A stretch of 64,000 nt of DNA from Planktothrix sp. GU0601_MAG3 (GCA_035193785.1 CP136572.1:4020578-4084577); one strand, 5' to 3'; positions 1 through 10,735 are shown, counted from the first letter of the stretch. Numbers and translations: made by a program. The notes: generated by a model not told the origin, from the sequence alone.

Positions 1-383
1 CCATTAATTGTGCTAGTTTGACAATATCAGTGGAATGAGTCATAACTAAATTCGATTGAGATTAGATAAATAATTCAAAATCAAAGTTATCATAATATCA
101 CTATCTATATTGTGGTTGATATCGGCGGATAAATTACATCCCGCACTTCGTCGGCGTGTTCTTTTAAGCCTACCCCAATCTGGCGGTGTCCCATTGGCAC
201 TAATATGATCCGTTACCGCTAAAGAATCCTGAAGCGATTTTTTTTGCCCACAGCTTAAGCTAGGATGTAAATATCCGTAAGCCAGTAGGCTGGCATCCAA
301 TAATTGATATACCTTCTCTCTACACATCTATAGACGGTGGGGGGAGGGTATTATAGTTTTTGAGTATTTATTGCCCACCCGAT

Positions 384-1575
384 TCAACTTCGTTCTAAAC
401 TGAATAATAGAAACTCAGTTCCATCATTTTGACGATTTAAAATCACTAAACTTTGACTTCCATCGGGTAAACGAGATCCTAGGGTCATTCCGGTTAAATT
501 GGGAACAGTTATTCCTATGTCTTGTAAATCTAATAATAGTTTTTTTCCCACGGGTTGGATTTTGCTTAAGTCTCCTTTTAAACTCGCAATTCGGGAGGTG
601 TCCGTTGCATTTCCGGTGAATAATTGATAAATTTTTCCACTGTCTCCCGATTGTTCTAAACTCAGAAAAATTCCGCCTTGACCTGCTACAATATTAACTA
701 AATTTTGAGAGGTTTTATCCAAAAGATACAGGGTTTCTGAAACCAAAAAAGAGGCTCGATCTGCAATTACATAATGTAATAATCTTAATTTAGTTTCATC
801 CTCTGGATCTCGATCTTGAATTAATGGTTTTTCGGTGACAGTAAATAAACGAAAGGGATCTCGACCATCGGGACTAAAGCCATCGGGAGAAATAGTTAAA
901 GCTTTAAAGCCGAATTGGGGTTTCTATTCCTCGAATTTGCTCAGAGTCCTTGAATTGAGGAAGATAAAAGGAGGAAAGGGGAACTGTATTTTTCAGTTGT
1001 CCGGTTGTTAAATTATATTCAGCAATGGATGGAGGAAGATCGGAATTTTCTAAATTTTTTGTTGAAATAAAAACGGAATTTCTAGGAGAAAAGGCAATAC
1101 TCTCGGGATAAATTTCGGTGTCAGATAGGGGTTGATTTTGTTGATTTTTGAGGATAGTTGAATTTTCTAGGGTGATATTTTTGAAATCCCCAGACCCAGA
1201 AGGGTTTAAATCTAATTTGATTGTCTGGATTTTTGCGGAAGCATCGGTTAACCCATAAAACCTAACGCCTTCATCCGTTGGGCTTCCATAACCGGGTATT
1301 TTATAGGTTAGGGATGAAAAACTACCGACGGGTTGATCATTAAATATAATGGATTTTGAGAGTTCATAATTCCCTAAAAAGTTTAGAGATAAATCAACAA
1401 AAATTCGAGATTCCGCCGATACTTGGGGAATGGAGCAGACTGTTAAAAAGATAAAGCTACAGCCTAAAACCATCAGACTTTGAACCCATTTTTTCCAAAC
1501 TCTCAACTTTTTTTCCTCCCTAACGCTCAGATTCTGATTATCCCATATTATTCCTTTTTCGGTCAATTCGGCCAA
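384..1575 (-). CDS. Esterase-like activity of phytase family protein (one apparent frameshift at ~921)
   Basis: ORFs 904..1575 and 384..746 join after removing one T in GTTTC 920-924 (RGIEPQFGFKALTISPDG); motifs PESIAFSP and NLTGMTLG...LPDGSQSLV; hydrophobic N-terminal segment. Confidence 0.75.
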
Positions 1576-1659
1576 GCAAAACTGATTTGATGGTTTGCAA
1601 AAGGATAAAAATAGTTATACAATAATAGATTATATTTTAAATATTAAGGCTCTAGTTTT

Positions 1660-2985
1660 ATGATTAATCTAAAAACTCGCAGTATTCAAAGACTAAACTT
1701 TATTTTAATCCCGGTTTTTATCCTATTATCAGGTTGGGTTAATCTGGAAGTTGCGATCGCTCAAAAAACCAAACAAACCGAACCAGAAAAACCTCTCCTA
1801 GATGATTTTTCCCCTAACCCATTATTTAGCAAAGATCCCGATCCTTTAATTCCTTCTCCTCCCCCCGATGGTCAAGTTTTAGGTCAAAGTCAACAGCAAA
1901 TATTAGAACCAGAATTAGTTAAACTGAATGCGGAAGCTACAGCATTATTAGCTGCGGGAAATATTCCGGGTGCTTTTGAATTATGGAATCGAGAGTTAAG
2001 AATTAGGCGTTATTTTGGATTATTTCAAGAAATTGCAGCTTTAAACCGCGTCGGGTTAATTGCTTGGAATAATAGTCAAAGATTATATATAAAATTTATC
2101 ACAGAACGTCTGGAGCAAATTTCACAAAAACTCAATACAGAAAAGATTAATGATCTTAAATTATGGGAATTATTGGGATTAGCATTTAAGAATGTTAGGG
2201 CTAAAAATTCAGCTTTAAGCCTATATCAACAATTATTAGAAACGGCAAATAAAAGTCAAGATAGTTTAGCAGAAGAACAATATTTTAATGAAATTGCTCA
2301 AATTTATATGATGTGGTTAGACTATCCCAACGCCGCAGAAACCTATGAAAAATTATTAGAATTACAACAGGAAATCCGCGGCATTAAAGGGGATATTCTA
2401 CCGCCTCAACCCCAACCCGCTACACCGGAAAATCCTAACCCCACACCCCCACCAACTGAAGTGCGATCGCTGCAACAGTTGGCTTTTATTTATGAACAAA
2501 TGGGAGAATATTTAAAGGCTATTTCTGTTAAAGAAAGATTGGCTGGATATTATGCAAATCAGCAAAATTTATTACCAATTCCAGAAATTAAATTAGGTAT
2601 TGGTTGGAATTATGAAAAATTAGGACAATTTGAACAAGCGGGAGCAACCTATCAAGAAGCATACGGTATTGCTACTTCAATTCAACAGTTTGATAACGCC
2701 AGTGAAGCACTAGGGAGACTCGGTAAACTCTATCGGTCTCAAAATCAAATTAAAACCGCTTTAGACATTTATCAAGCCCAGGTTTTAGTCAATCAACAGG
2801 CTTATAATTATTATGGGATGATGAATGCTTATGATCAAATAGGGGATATTTATTTATCACAAAAAGCCTATCAATCTGCGATCGCCGCCTTCCAACAGGG
2901 ATTAGCCTTAGCACAACAGTTAAAATATCGAGAGGATTATTTTGTTAAAAAAATTGATCTTGCTACTCGTCAAATGAATCGTTAA
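1660..2985 (+). CDS. Tetratricopeptide repeat protein with N-terminal signal/anchor
   Basis: 441 aa ORF with repeated TPR-like helices (LAFIYEQMGEYLKA, IGWNYEKLGQFEQA, LGKLYRSQNQIKTA, IGDIYLSQKAYQSA). Confidence 0.8.
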   Translation: MINLKTRSIQRLNFILIPVFILLSGWVNLEVAIAQKTKQTEPEKPLLDDFSPNPLFSKDPDPLIPSPPPDGQVLGQSQQQILEPELVKLNAEATALLAAGNIPGAFELWNRELRIRRYFGLFQEIAALNRVGLIAWNNSQRLYIKFITERLEQISQKLNTEKINDLKLWELLGLAFKNVRAKNSALSLYQQLLETANKSQDSLAEEQYFNEIAQIYMMWLDYPNAAETYEKLLELQQEIRGIKGDILPPQPQPATPENPNPTPPPTEVRSLQQLAFIYEQMGEYLKAISVKERLAGYYANQQNLLPIPEIKLGIGWNYEKLGQFEQAGATYQEAYGIATSIQQFDNASEALGRLGKLYRSQNQIKTALDIYQAQVLVNQQAYNYYGMMNAYDQIGDIYLSQKAYQSAIAAFQQGLALAQQLKYREDYFVKKIDLATRQMNR

Positions 2986-3059
2986 ATTTTAGTAGAATTT
3001 GGTATTAGGTACGCCCAAAAATCCAGGATTTCGGCTTTATTCCTGTATTTTTGGTTGCT

Positions 3060-3704
3060 TCAAATCAAAGCAATATTATCCTGAATATCCTCAATCCAAT
3101 TAAAAATAGGTTCATCGGGATGAAGATGATATATTTCCATATATAACTCTCTAACTAACTGTTGAACAACGGTTTTTTGGATCTTTTCCGAATTATTATT
3201 ATCAACAATCATCAAGATCATTTCTGTAGTTTTAGTTCCATCTAAAGCAGGTAAAATATAAATAATATCTTGTAATTCTTTTGCACCCAACCGTTTATAA
3301 AAAGCAATTCTACGCTGCTTTAATTCTCGATGGTCGCCAAAATCAGGATGTTCAACTTCTAAAACTAAGGTTTGAGACTCTTTTTTAACTAAAAATATCA
3401 GATAATTCAGAAATTGAGAACCGATTTTAATATTTCTTAAATGGGGGACTGTTGCTAAATAAGCTAATAAAATAAAATTGGAACCAGGAAGGGGATATAA
3501 AATTGATATTAGGGCAAATTCTTGCTGAAAATAACCCAACCAGAGTTGAGTTTTTTGATTTAAAATTCCTTCCCGTATCCGAGATGTTGGAATTCTTTCT
3601 GGAGATAGAAATGTTTCTTCATAAAGTGCGATCGCAGTCTCAAAATCGGGATGATCAATATTTTGAATCTGCTTAAATTCAATTTGAGAATTAGTTGGGT
3701 ACAT
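3060..3704 (-). CDS. GNAT family N-acetyltransferase
   Basis: Acetyl-CoA-binding motif YLATVPHLRNIKIGSQFL and RRIAFYKRLG. Confidence 0.8.
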   Translation of the reverse strand: MYPTNSQIEFKQIQNIDHPDFETAIALYEETFLSPERIPTSRIREGILNQKTQLWLGYFQQEFALISILYPLPGSNFILLAYLATVPHLRNIKIGSQFLNYLIFLVKKESQTLVLEVEHPDFGDHRELKQRRIAFYKRLGAKELQDIIYILPALDGTKTTEMILMIVDNNNSEKIQKTVVQQLVRELYMEIYHLHPDEPIFNWIEDIQDNIALI

Positions 3705-3756
3705 AGGATATTTTAGTTTAACTTAATTTCGGGATTGAATATATTATGACTCCTAG

Positions 3757-4043
3757 GAGGCGAGTTGATAAAAGTTATTGGTGGGAAACAAAAATCATTA
3801 CAGGGCGGGTTTATAAAAGTTGCTGGTGGGAAACAAAAATTATTACGGGGCGGGTTTATAAAGGTTGCTGGTGGGAAATAAAAATCATTACGGGGCGGAT
3901 TTATAAAAGTTATTGCTGGGAAACAAAAATTATTACAGGGCGGATTTATAAAAGTTATTGCTGGGAAACAAAAATTATTACGGGGCGGGTTTATAAAGGT
4001 TGCTGGTGGGAAACAAAAATTATTACAGAAACCCGCCCCTACA
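3757..4043. repeat. Six tandem 45-bp repeats closed by one inverted arm (expanded REP-like palindrome)
   Basis: Units start at 3757, 3802, 3847, 3892, 3937, 3982 (consensus RGGGCGGRTTTATAAARGTTRYTGSTGGGAAACAAAAATYATTAC), then AAACCCGCCCCTAC at 4029-4042, complementary to the unit start. Confidence 0.95.
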
Positions 4044-4097
4044 GAAACGAGGTTTTTAGTTCACTCAGCTTAACCCTATCATAAATTCGTACTCCCC

Positions 4098-4126
4098 TTG
4101 ACAGTGTATTACAAATGTAATATGCT
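4098..4126 (+). promoter_or_regulatory. Sigma70-type promoter of rtcB with a palindromic operator in the spacer
   Basis: TTGACA (4098-4103), 17-nt spacer, TATGCT (4121-4126); perfect inverted repeat TATTACA-AA-TGTAATA at 4107-4122. Confidence 0.65.
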
Positions 4127-4164
4127 TGACATAGATTGATATTCAGATAGCCCATAAAATCCTT

Positions 4165-4776
4165 ATGCCTTACGAAACGTTAAATCTTTCTACCCCTAAA
4201 CCCGTCCTATCTTGGGCGAATCATGATTTAGGTTCAGCAGAAACCCAAATGGCGAAAAACGTCGCTTCTTTGCCCTTTGTCTTCAAGCACGTTGCTTTAA
4301 TGCCCGATGTTCACTTAGGAAAAGGGGCATTAGTCGGTTCTGTAATTGCGACAAAAGAAGCCATTATTCCGGCGGCTGTCGGGGTTGATATTGGTTGCTT
4401 TACGGGTGATACTTTGATTCCATTAGCTGATGGAAAATCCTATCCAATTCAACAATTAGCAACGATGGGAAAACCCATTTATGTTTATTCCTGTACTCCT
4501 ACAGGGCGAATTGTTGTTGCAGAAGCGATCGCAAAATTAACCCGAAAAAATGCTCCTTTAGTTAAAGTCATTTTGGATAATGGCGAAGAAATTCGATGCA
4601 CTCCCGATCACCAATTTATGTTACGAGATGGAAGTTATCTCGAAGCCGATCAGTTAAAAACGGGTACGTCCTTAATGCCATTTTATTCAAATCTTGACAA
4701 AGATGGCTATACTTTAATTCAGCAAAATAGCCCGTCATTTTTCATAAATAAACCCAAATTCGGCACCGGAATTTGA
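4165..4776 (+). pseudogene. rtcB: RtcB RNA ligase N-terminal extein plus N-terminal intein half; truncated or split
   Basis: MPDVHLGKG...IIPAAVGVDIG is the RtcB N-terminus, directly followed by intein block A (CFTGDT); the frame ends in antisense DUF3598 sequence; no RtcB C-terminal part in the window. Confidence 0.85.
4396..4728 (+). mobile_element. Intein N-terminal splicing region inserted at the RtcB VDIG|C site
   Basis: Block A CFTGDTLIPLADG and block B IRCTPDHQFMLRDG (TxxH); no C-terminal HN motif or endonuclease domain present. Confidence 0.85.
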
Positions 4777-5071
4777 AATAGGGGATAGTTGAATGGTTTC
4801 CTTGGGAAAATGCGCCATTCTCAAAAAATAAAATATCTCGTCCCAAAGTTTGATATTCTCGGACTAATGTTTTAATTTCCGGTTCGGAATTAGGGTCAGA
4901 ACTGGGATAATATATTTTTAGGGTCAGTTGTGCTTTTTGATTGTCATTCAAACTTTCTAGGGTGAGATGACTGGGAATGTCATTGATTATTTCTCCTTGG
5001 GGTGATATTTGGGTAAAAGACCCTTGCCATTCCCCTAAATTTTTCAGGAAGTTTTGCCATTGATTGTTCAT
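4735..5071 (-). pseudogene. DUF3598 family protein, 3' part missing
   Basis: QWQNFLKNLGEWQGSFT...LFFENGAFSQG; after the GTTTC 4796-4800 correction it reads TIQLSPISNSGAEFGFIYEK* and abuts the intein sequence. Confidence 0.75.
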
Positions 5072-5101
5072 TTTGATTTTTATTTATTAATAACATTAAT
5101 T

Positions 5102-6021
5102 ATGAAACAAGATCATGGAATTATAACACTTTTAACAGATTTTGGTTTAAAAGATGTTTATGTTGCGGTGATGAAAGGGGTGATTAATCAAATTAACCCT
5201 AAAATTAATATTATTGATTTAACCCATGGGATTCCGCATCAAAATATTGCTGCGGGGCGATTTAATTTGCTGAATGCTTATCCCTATTTTCCTGAAAAAA
5301 CCGTACATATTGCGGTGGTTGATCCAGGAGTAGGAACCCAACGAAGGGCGATCGCAATTCAATTTAATAATAATTATTTAGTGGGGCCAGATAATGGATT
5401 ATTGACGGGAATATTAGAACCTTTTTTAACTTCTGAAATGGCGGGGATAAATCACAACAACTTAATGGCAGTTGAATTAAATTATCCTGAATATTGGCTC
5501 ACTAATAAACCCACTAAAACCTTTCAGGGTCGAGATATTTTTGCTGCGGTGGGTGCTCATTTAGCATCGGGTGTTCCCCTAGAACAACTGGGAACCATAA
5601 TTGATCCCAAAACTTTAGTCAGGTTATCTTTGCCACCCTGTCAAGTCCATGATTTAAAAATACAGGGATGTATTCAATATATTGATGGATTTGGTAATTT
5701 AGTCACCAATATTCCCGGGGGAATGGTAACTAATAAAAATTGGTATGTGGCGATTAGTAAAGCCAAAAATAAGAAAAGTAAAAAATTGCCTAAAAAAAAC
5801 CAAAAGAAATTTAAAAAAAATCTCAATTCCCCACAGCAAATTCCTTCCGGTTCATCCTACCTGATTGGTGCGGGTCAAACCTATGGTGATGTCCCCCCGG
5901 GTCAGTTTGTCGCCTTAGTGGGTTTTCCCATGGTTGGGTAGAAATTGCCTTGAATGGAGGAAATGCTCAACGAAAACTAAAGGTTGATTGGGGAACAAAG
6001 GTACAAGCCCTGTTTACCTAG
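5102..6021 (+). CDS. SAM hydroxide adenosyltransferase / SAM-dependent halogenase family protein (DUF62); apparent frameshift at ~5923
   Basis: ITLLTDFG, VVDPGVGT, GPDNG, TFQGRDIFA, YIDGFGNLVTN; C-terminus restored to VGSHGWVEIALNGGNA by removing two T from GGTTTTCC. Confidence 0.88.
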
Positions 6022-6146
6022 GATAGAAAGGATTACGGAAACCGCAGGGGTGGAACATCCCTACAACCCTACGGGGTTTTCTACACTTCCCAATTCCCAT
6101 GGGATTTGTCATCTTAGATACAGGTAGGCAATATTGGGACTGTGAA

Positions 6147-6452
6147 ATGAAAAATCCGATTCAATCTTTTTATAATTGGTATCGTGTGACACTGCGGAAT
6201 ACGAAATATCGTTGGGTTGTAATTTTAGGAAGTTTAATTTACTTGGTGAGTCCCCTGGATATTTCTCCTGACTTTTTGCCCATTGTTGGATGGTTAGACG
6301 ATGGGATTATTGCTACAATTTTAGTAACCGAAGTATCTCAATTACTGGTTGAAGGGTTAAACCGTCGCAAACAAACCCGGAAGGCGACAGAGGTAAATCC
6401 AGTTGATTCCATGGGTCATGAGCAAACCGTTGTGGATGTTTCCGTTAGCTAG
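6147..6452 (+). CDS. YkvA/DUF1232 family membrane protein
   Basis: YLVSPLDISPDFLPIVGWLDD motif. Confidence 0.85.
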   Translation: MKNPIQSFYNWYRVTLRNTKYRWVVILGSLIYLVSPLDISPDFLPIVGWLDDGIIATILVTEVSQLLVEGLNRRKQTRKATEVNPVDSMGHEQTVVDVSVS

Positions 6453-6500
6453 ATATCGTCGCAATTGCTTCTGAGACTATTTATAATATCGGTATAAAAC

Positions 6501-6542
6501 GCAGTAGAGATAGAGAATTATCTATCCCTACTGCATTTTTTA
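6501..6542 (+). terminator. Hairpin plus T-tract (GTAG..CTAC REP-like) downstream of the YkvA gene
   Basis: GCAGTAGAGATAGA...TCTATCCCTACTGC followed by a T run. Confidence 0.6.
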
Positions 6543-7015
6543 TGAGTTTTTGATATTGATAAATTTTAGGTTGAAAAATATAGCAGTTACCGCATCTGTT
6601 AGGAGATTATTGAAAGCTAAAGGCTGCTCATGGTAAGTATTTACCTATAGCGAGATTGCCTATTCCCTATCGCCTATTGCTATAAGTCTATCCTTAGGTA
6701 GATGCTAAGGTCAACATAATATCTGATAAATTGCATCTAATGATTCATAATTTTAACATTGCTTTATTAATGTTAAAAATTAACAAGCGGTAGCACAATT
6801 AACAAATTAAACTCCCTATGGCTTGAATTTATTTCCAGTCCCACTGGCTTTAAAACTAGGTGTATATTTCTACGGTGTTAATCGAGGGTAAAATAGCCAA
6901 ACTGAACCTTTTCCATTAGGATAAAATTAGATTAGGCAATAATGACATCAAATTAGTCAAGCTCTTTCAATCTAATATTTTTTTCTGAATCACCGAGCAA
7001 AATGGGGCCAAACCT

Positions 7016-10000
7016 GTGAATACTAACCTCTCGAATGCTCAAACCTACGAAGCCGAAAGACAAAGGGCTGAATTCCTAGGAGAACTCAACCAAGCAAAAA
7101 CGGCGTTTTTAACCAGTATTAGTCATGAATTTCGCACCCCATTGACCTTAATTCTGGGTTCGGTTGAAGAAATTCTCCAGAGTGAAGATTGTCTTAACCT
7201 CTTTCACCGGGAAACAGTTAACGGTCGCCAAACGCAACAGTTTACGATTACTCAAATTGGTTAATACTCTCCTTGATTTTTCCAGTATTGAAGCCGAACG
7301 TATTCAAGCGGTCTATGAACCTACGGATTTAGCCGCTTTAACAATCGAACTGGCGAGTATGTTTCGTTCGGGTATCGAACGGATGGGAATACAGTTCATT
7401 ATCGACTGTCCGCCCCTACCCGAACCCATTTATATTGATCGACAAATATGGGAAAAAATAGTAATGAATCTTTTATCTAATGCTTTTAAATTTACATTTA
7501 AAGGTCAGATTGTTCTCTCTTTGCGCTGGGTCACCCATGGTGTGGAATTAGAAGTCCGGGATACCGGGATTGGAATTCGAGCCAAAGAAATCCCCCATCT
7601 ATTTGAACAGTTCTATCGCCCCCCGGCACAGACTTGCCATCGCACGTCTGTGCCAGGGAGAAACTATCAAGGATCGGGTATGGGTTTATCCTTAGTCAAG
7701 GAATTGATTCAATTACAGGGTGGCACGATCAACGTCACCAGTATCCCGGGACAGGGCAGTTGTTTCAAAGTCTTGATTCCCTGCGGCTATGGTCATTTGC
7801 CGCCGGAACAGGTGAATCTCCATCCGCACCATTCCCCCCCCGCTACCCATCTGACCCCATCCCACAGGATGGCGACCTATTTAGATGAAGTCAAGAGTTG
7901 GTCTGCGGAAACCGATGTTTTGGTGGAGGTTTCAACAGATGCCCCCGCCAGAATTACCCCTTCCCCGGATCTTACTGGTAGATGACAACCCGGATCTATG
8001 CAATTATGTTCAGCGTTTACTGAGTCAAGAATATCATATAAAAGCGGTAAATAGTGGGTTGGCCGCACTGGAGAGCATTCGGGAACAAAAACCCGATTTA
8101 GTGATTACCGATGTGATCATGCCCGAATTGAACGGCTTGGAAACTGCTACAAATTCTGCGCCATGATCCCAACACCCAAGGGATTCCCATTATTCTGCTT
8201 TCCGCCCGGGCTGGGGAAAATGCCGTGATTGAAGGCCTAGAAGCCAAGGCCGACGACTATCTGATTAAACCCTTTTCTGCCCGGGAACTCCTGGCCCGTG
8301 TCCGGTCGATTTTGGAAATGACCCGACTCCGCCAAGAAGCCACGATTCGGGAGCAAGAATTAATCAATACCAAAGCCCGGGTAATTGATATTCTCGAAAG
8401 CACTACCGATGGCTTTTTGTCCCTAGATCATCGGTGGCAATTAACCTATCTGAACGGAGCATCGGAACGGCTCTCTGGTAAAACCCGAGGGGAGTTATTA
8501 GGGCGTAATTTTTGGGATATTTATTCTCACCTATTGGGCTTTCATTGCAAAGAAAAACTACATCAGGTAATCCAAACTCAGGTGGCTGATCATTTTGAAA
8601 CCTGTTTGGTTCAAGACAACCTCTGGTATGAAGTTCACGTCTACCCCTATGAACAGGGTTTAGGGATTTATTGGCGAGATATTACTAAACGCAAACAGGC
8701 AGAAGTAACTTTACTCAAAAGCGAAGAACGATTACGGGTTGCCCTGAAAAGTGCGCCAATTACCTTATTTAATCAGGATCAAACCCTTCGCTACACCTGG
8801 GTTCACAATCCCGCCCTCAAACGCTCCGATCAAGAGATTATCGGTAATACGGATTTTGACCTGTTCCCCGAGGAGGGAGCCACTCGACTGACTCAACTTA
8901 AACGCCAGGTTTTGGAAACCGGGATCGGAATGCGGGAGGAAGTCCCGATTTTCAGCCAGGGACAGCAATACTATTTTGATTTAACCATTGAACCCCTCTA
9001 CAACCAGAACCAGGAAATTATCGGGATCACCTGTGCCACCGTTGATATTTCGGACTACAAACGCATAGAGTTAGCCCTGCGCCAAAGTGAAGCCCAGGCT
9101 AGGGCGAGGGCCGAGGAGTTGAAAACCTTTATGGAAACCGTTCCGGCGGCGGTCTGGATTGCCCATGATCCCCAATGTCACCAGATGACGGGGAACCGGG
9201 CTGCCCATGAGTTGGTGCGGTTGCCCTCGGGATCGGTGGTGACGGCGACCCCCGAGGATGGCTCCTATCCCTTTGAGTTTAAGATTCAACACCAGGGCCA
9301 AGATATTCCCCCAGAAGATTTGCCCATGCAGCGGGCGGGACGGACGGGAGAAAATATTGAATCGGAATTTGAGTTTGTCTTTGAAAATGGGGAAGTTCGT
9401 TTTGTTTATGGTCGGGCGGTACCCTTACGAGGTGAAGCGGGGGAGATTCGGGGGGTGATTGGGGCGTTTTTGGATGTGAGCGATCGCAAACGAGTCGAAC
9501 AGGAACGAGAACAACTGTTAATCAGGGAAACAGGCCGCCCGGGAGCAAGCCGAAATGACCAACCGGATTAAGGATGAGTTTCTCCGGGTTTTATCCCATG
9601 AATTGCGATCGCCCTTGAATCCGATTTTGGGTTGGACAAAACTCCTACAAACTCGTAAATTCGATTCCCAAGGCACAGCCCGGGCCTTAGAAACCATCGA
9701 ACGCAATGCGAAACTCCAAACCCAACTGATTGAGGATTTATTAGATATTTCTCGAATGTTGCGGGGAAAAATGGTCTTACACAAGGAACCCGTCAATTTA
9801 ATTACAATCATCACCTCGGCAATAGAAACCTTTAAATTAGCTGCCGAAGCCAAAGGAATTCAAGTCAGATTTGAAATCGCTCAAAATTCTGGTTTCTCCT
9901 CCCTTTTAATCTATGTTTTAGGGGATGAAACCCGACTGCAACAGATTATCTGGAATCTATTATCTAATGGAATTAAATTTACTCCCCCCGGGGGTATGGT

Positions 10001-10715
10001 CGAGATTTACTTAAAATCTGGGGAAGATCAAGTCCAAATTCAGGTCAAAGACACCGGAATTGGAATTAATCAGCAGTTTTTACCCTATGTCTTTGACTAT
10101 TTTCGTCAACAGGATGGGACAAATACCCGCAAATTTGGGGGTTTGGGACTGGGACTCGCCATTGTCCGACACCTAACGGAATTGCATGGGGGAACAGTCA
10201 GCGCGGACAGTTTAGGCGAAAATTTGGGGGCGGCGTTTTCGGTGCAGTTACCCTTAATGAAATCCGTAGAGACTTACCATGGCACCTCCCTAAAACTAGC
10301 CCCGGATCAAAATACGGAGATTGACTCCATTAATTTAACCGGTCTGCGAGTTTTAGTCATTGATGCTCAAGCTGAGACTCGGGCTCTAGTTGGGTCGATC
10401 TTAACCCAAGCCGGAGCCCAAGTAAAAATGGCAAGCTCCGCTCAGGAAACACTCTTGATGATTCAGGAGTTTTCCCCCGATGTCTTAGTCTCAGACATGG
10501 GGATGCCGGATCTGGAGGCCTATATATTTAGGGATGAGGTCAGAAATAGATCATCAATTCCCGTGATCGGATTAATAGCAAATCCAGAGAAAACCAATAG
10601 CCCCCTCACTAGGGACACCGGATTTCAAATCTACTTAGCTAAACCCATTGTGGCGGAAGAATTGGTCGCTGGTGTTGCCACTTTAACCCATCGCTTTCGG
10701 AACTCCGCGATTTGA
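7016..10715 (+). CDS. Large hybrid sensor kinase HisKA-HATPase-REC-PAS(x3)-HisKA-HATPase-REC; four apparent frameshifts (~7212, 7930, 8141, 9528)
   Basis: H-boxes SHEFRTPL and SHELRSPL, N-boxes NLLSNAFKFT and NLLSNGIKFT, G-boxes, REC ILLVDDN..DVIMP, PAS/PAC motifs; five ORFs join by single-base removals in GAAAC/GTTTC. Confidence 0.85.
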
Positions 10716-10735
10716 TCAAGATCTGTTAAAATCAA

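Noticed and set aside
46..327. 93 aa ORF on the minus strand
   Set aside because: No recognisable motif; cannot be supported as a gene.
3746..4084. 112 aa repeat ORF (WWETKIITGRVYK)n, or a CRISPR array
   Set aside because: The frame is open only because the 45-bp unit is a multiple of 3; units are contiguous with no unique spacers, and there are no cas genes in the window.
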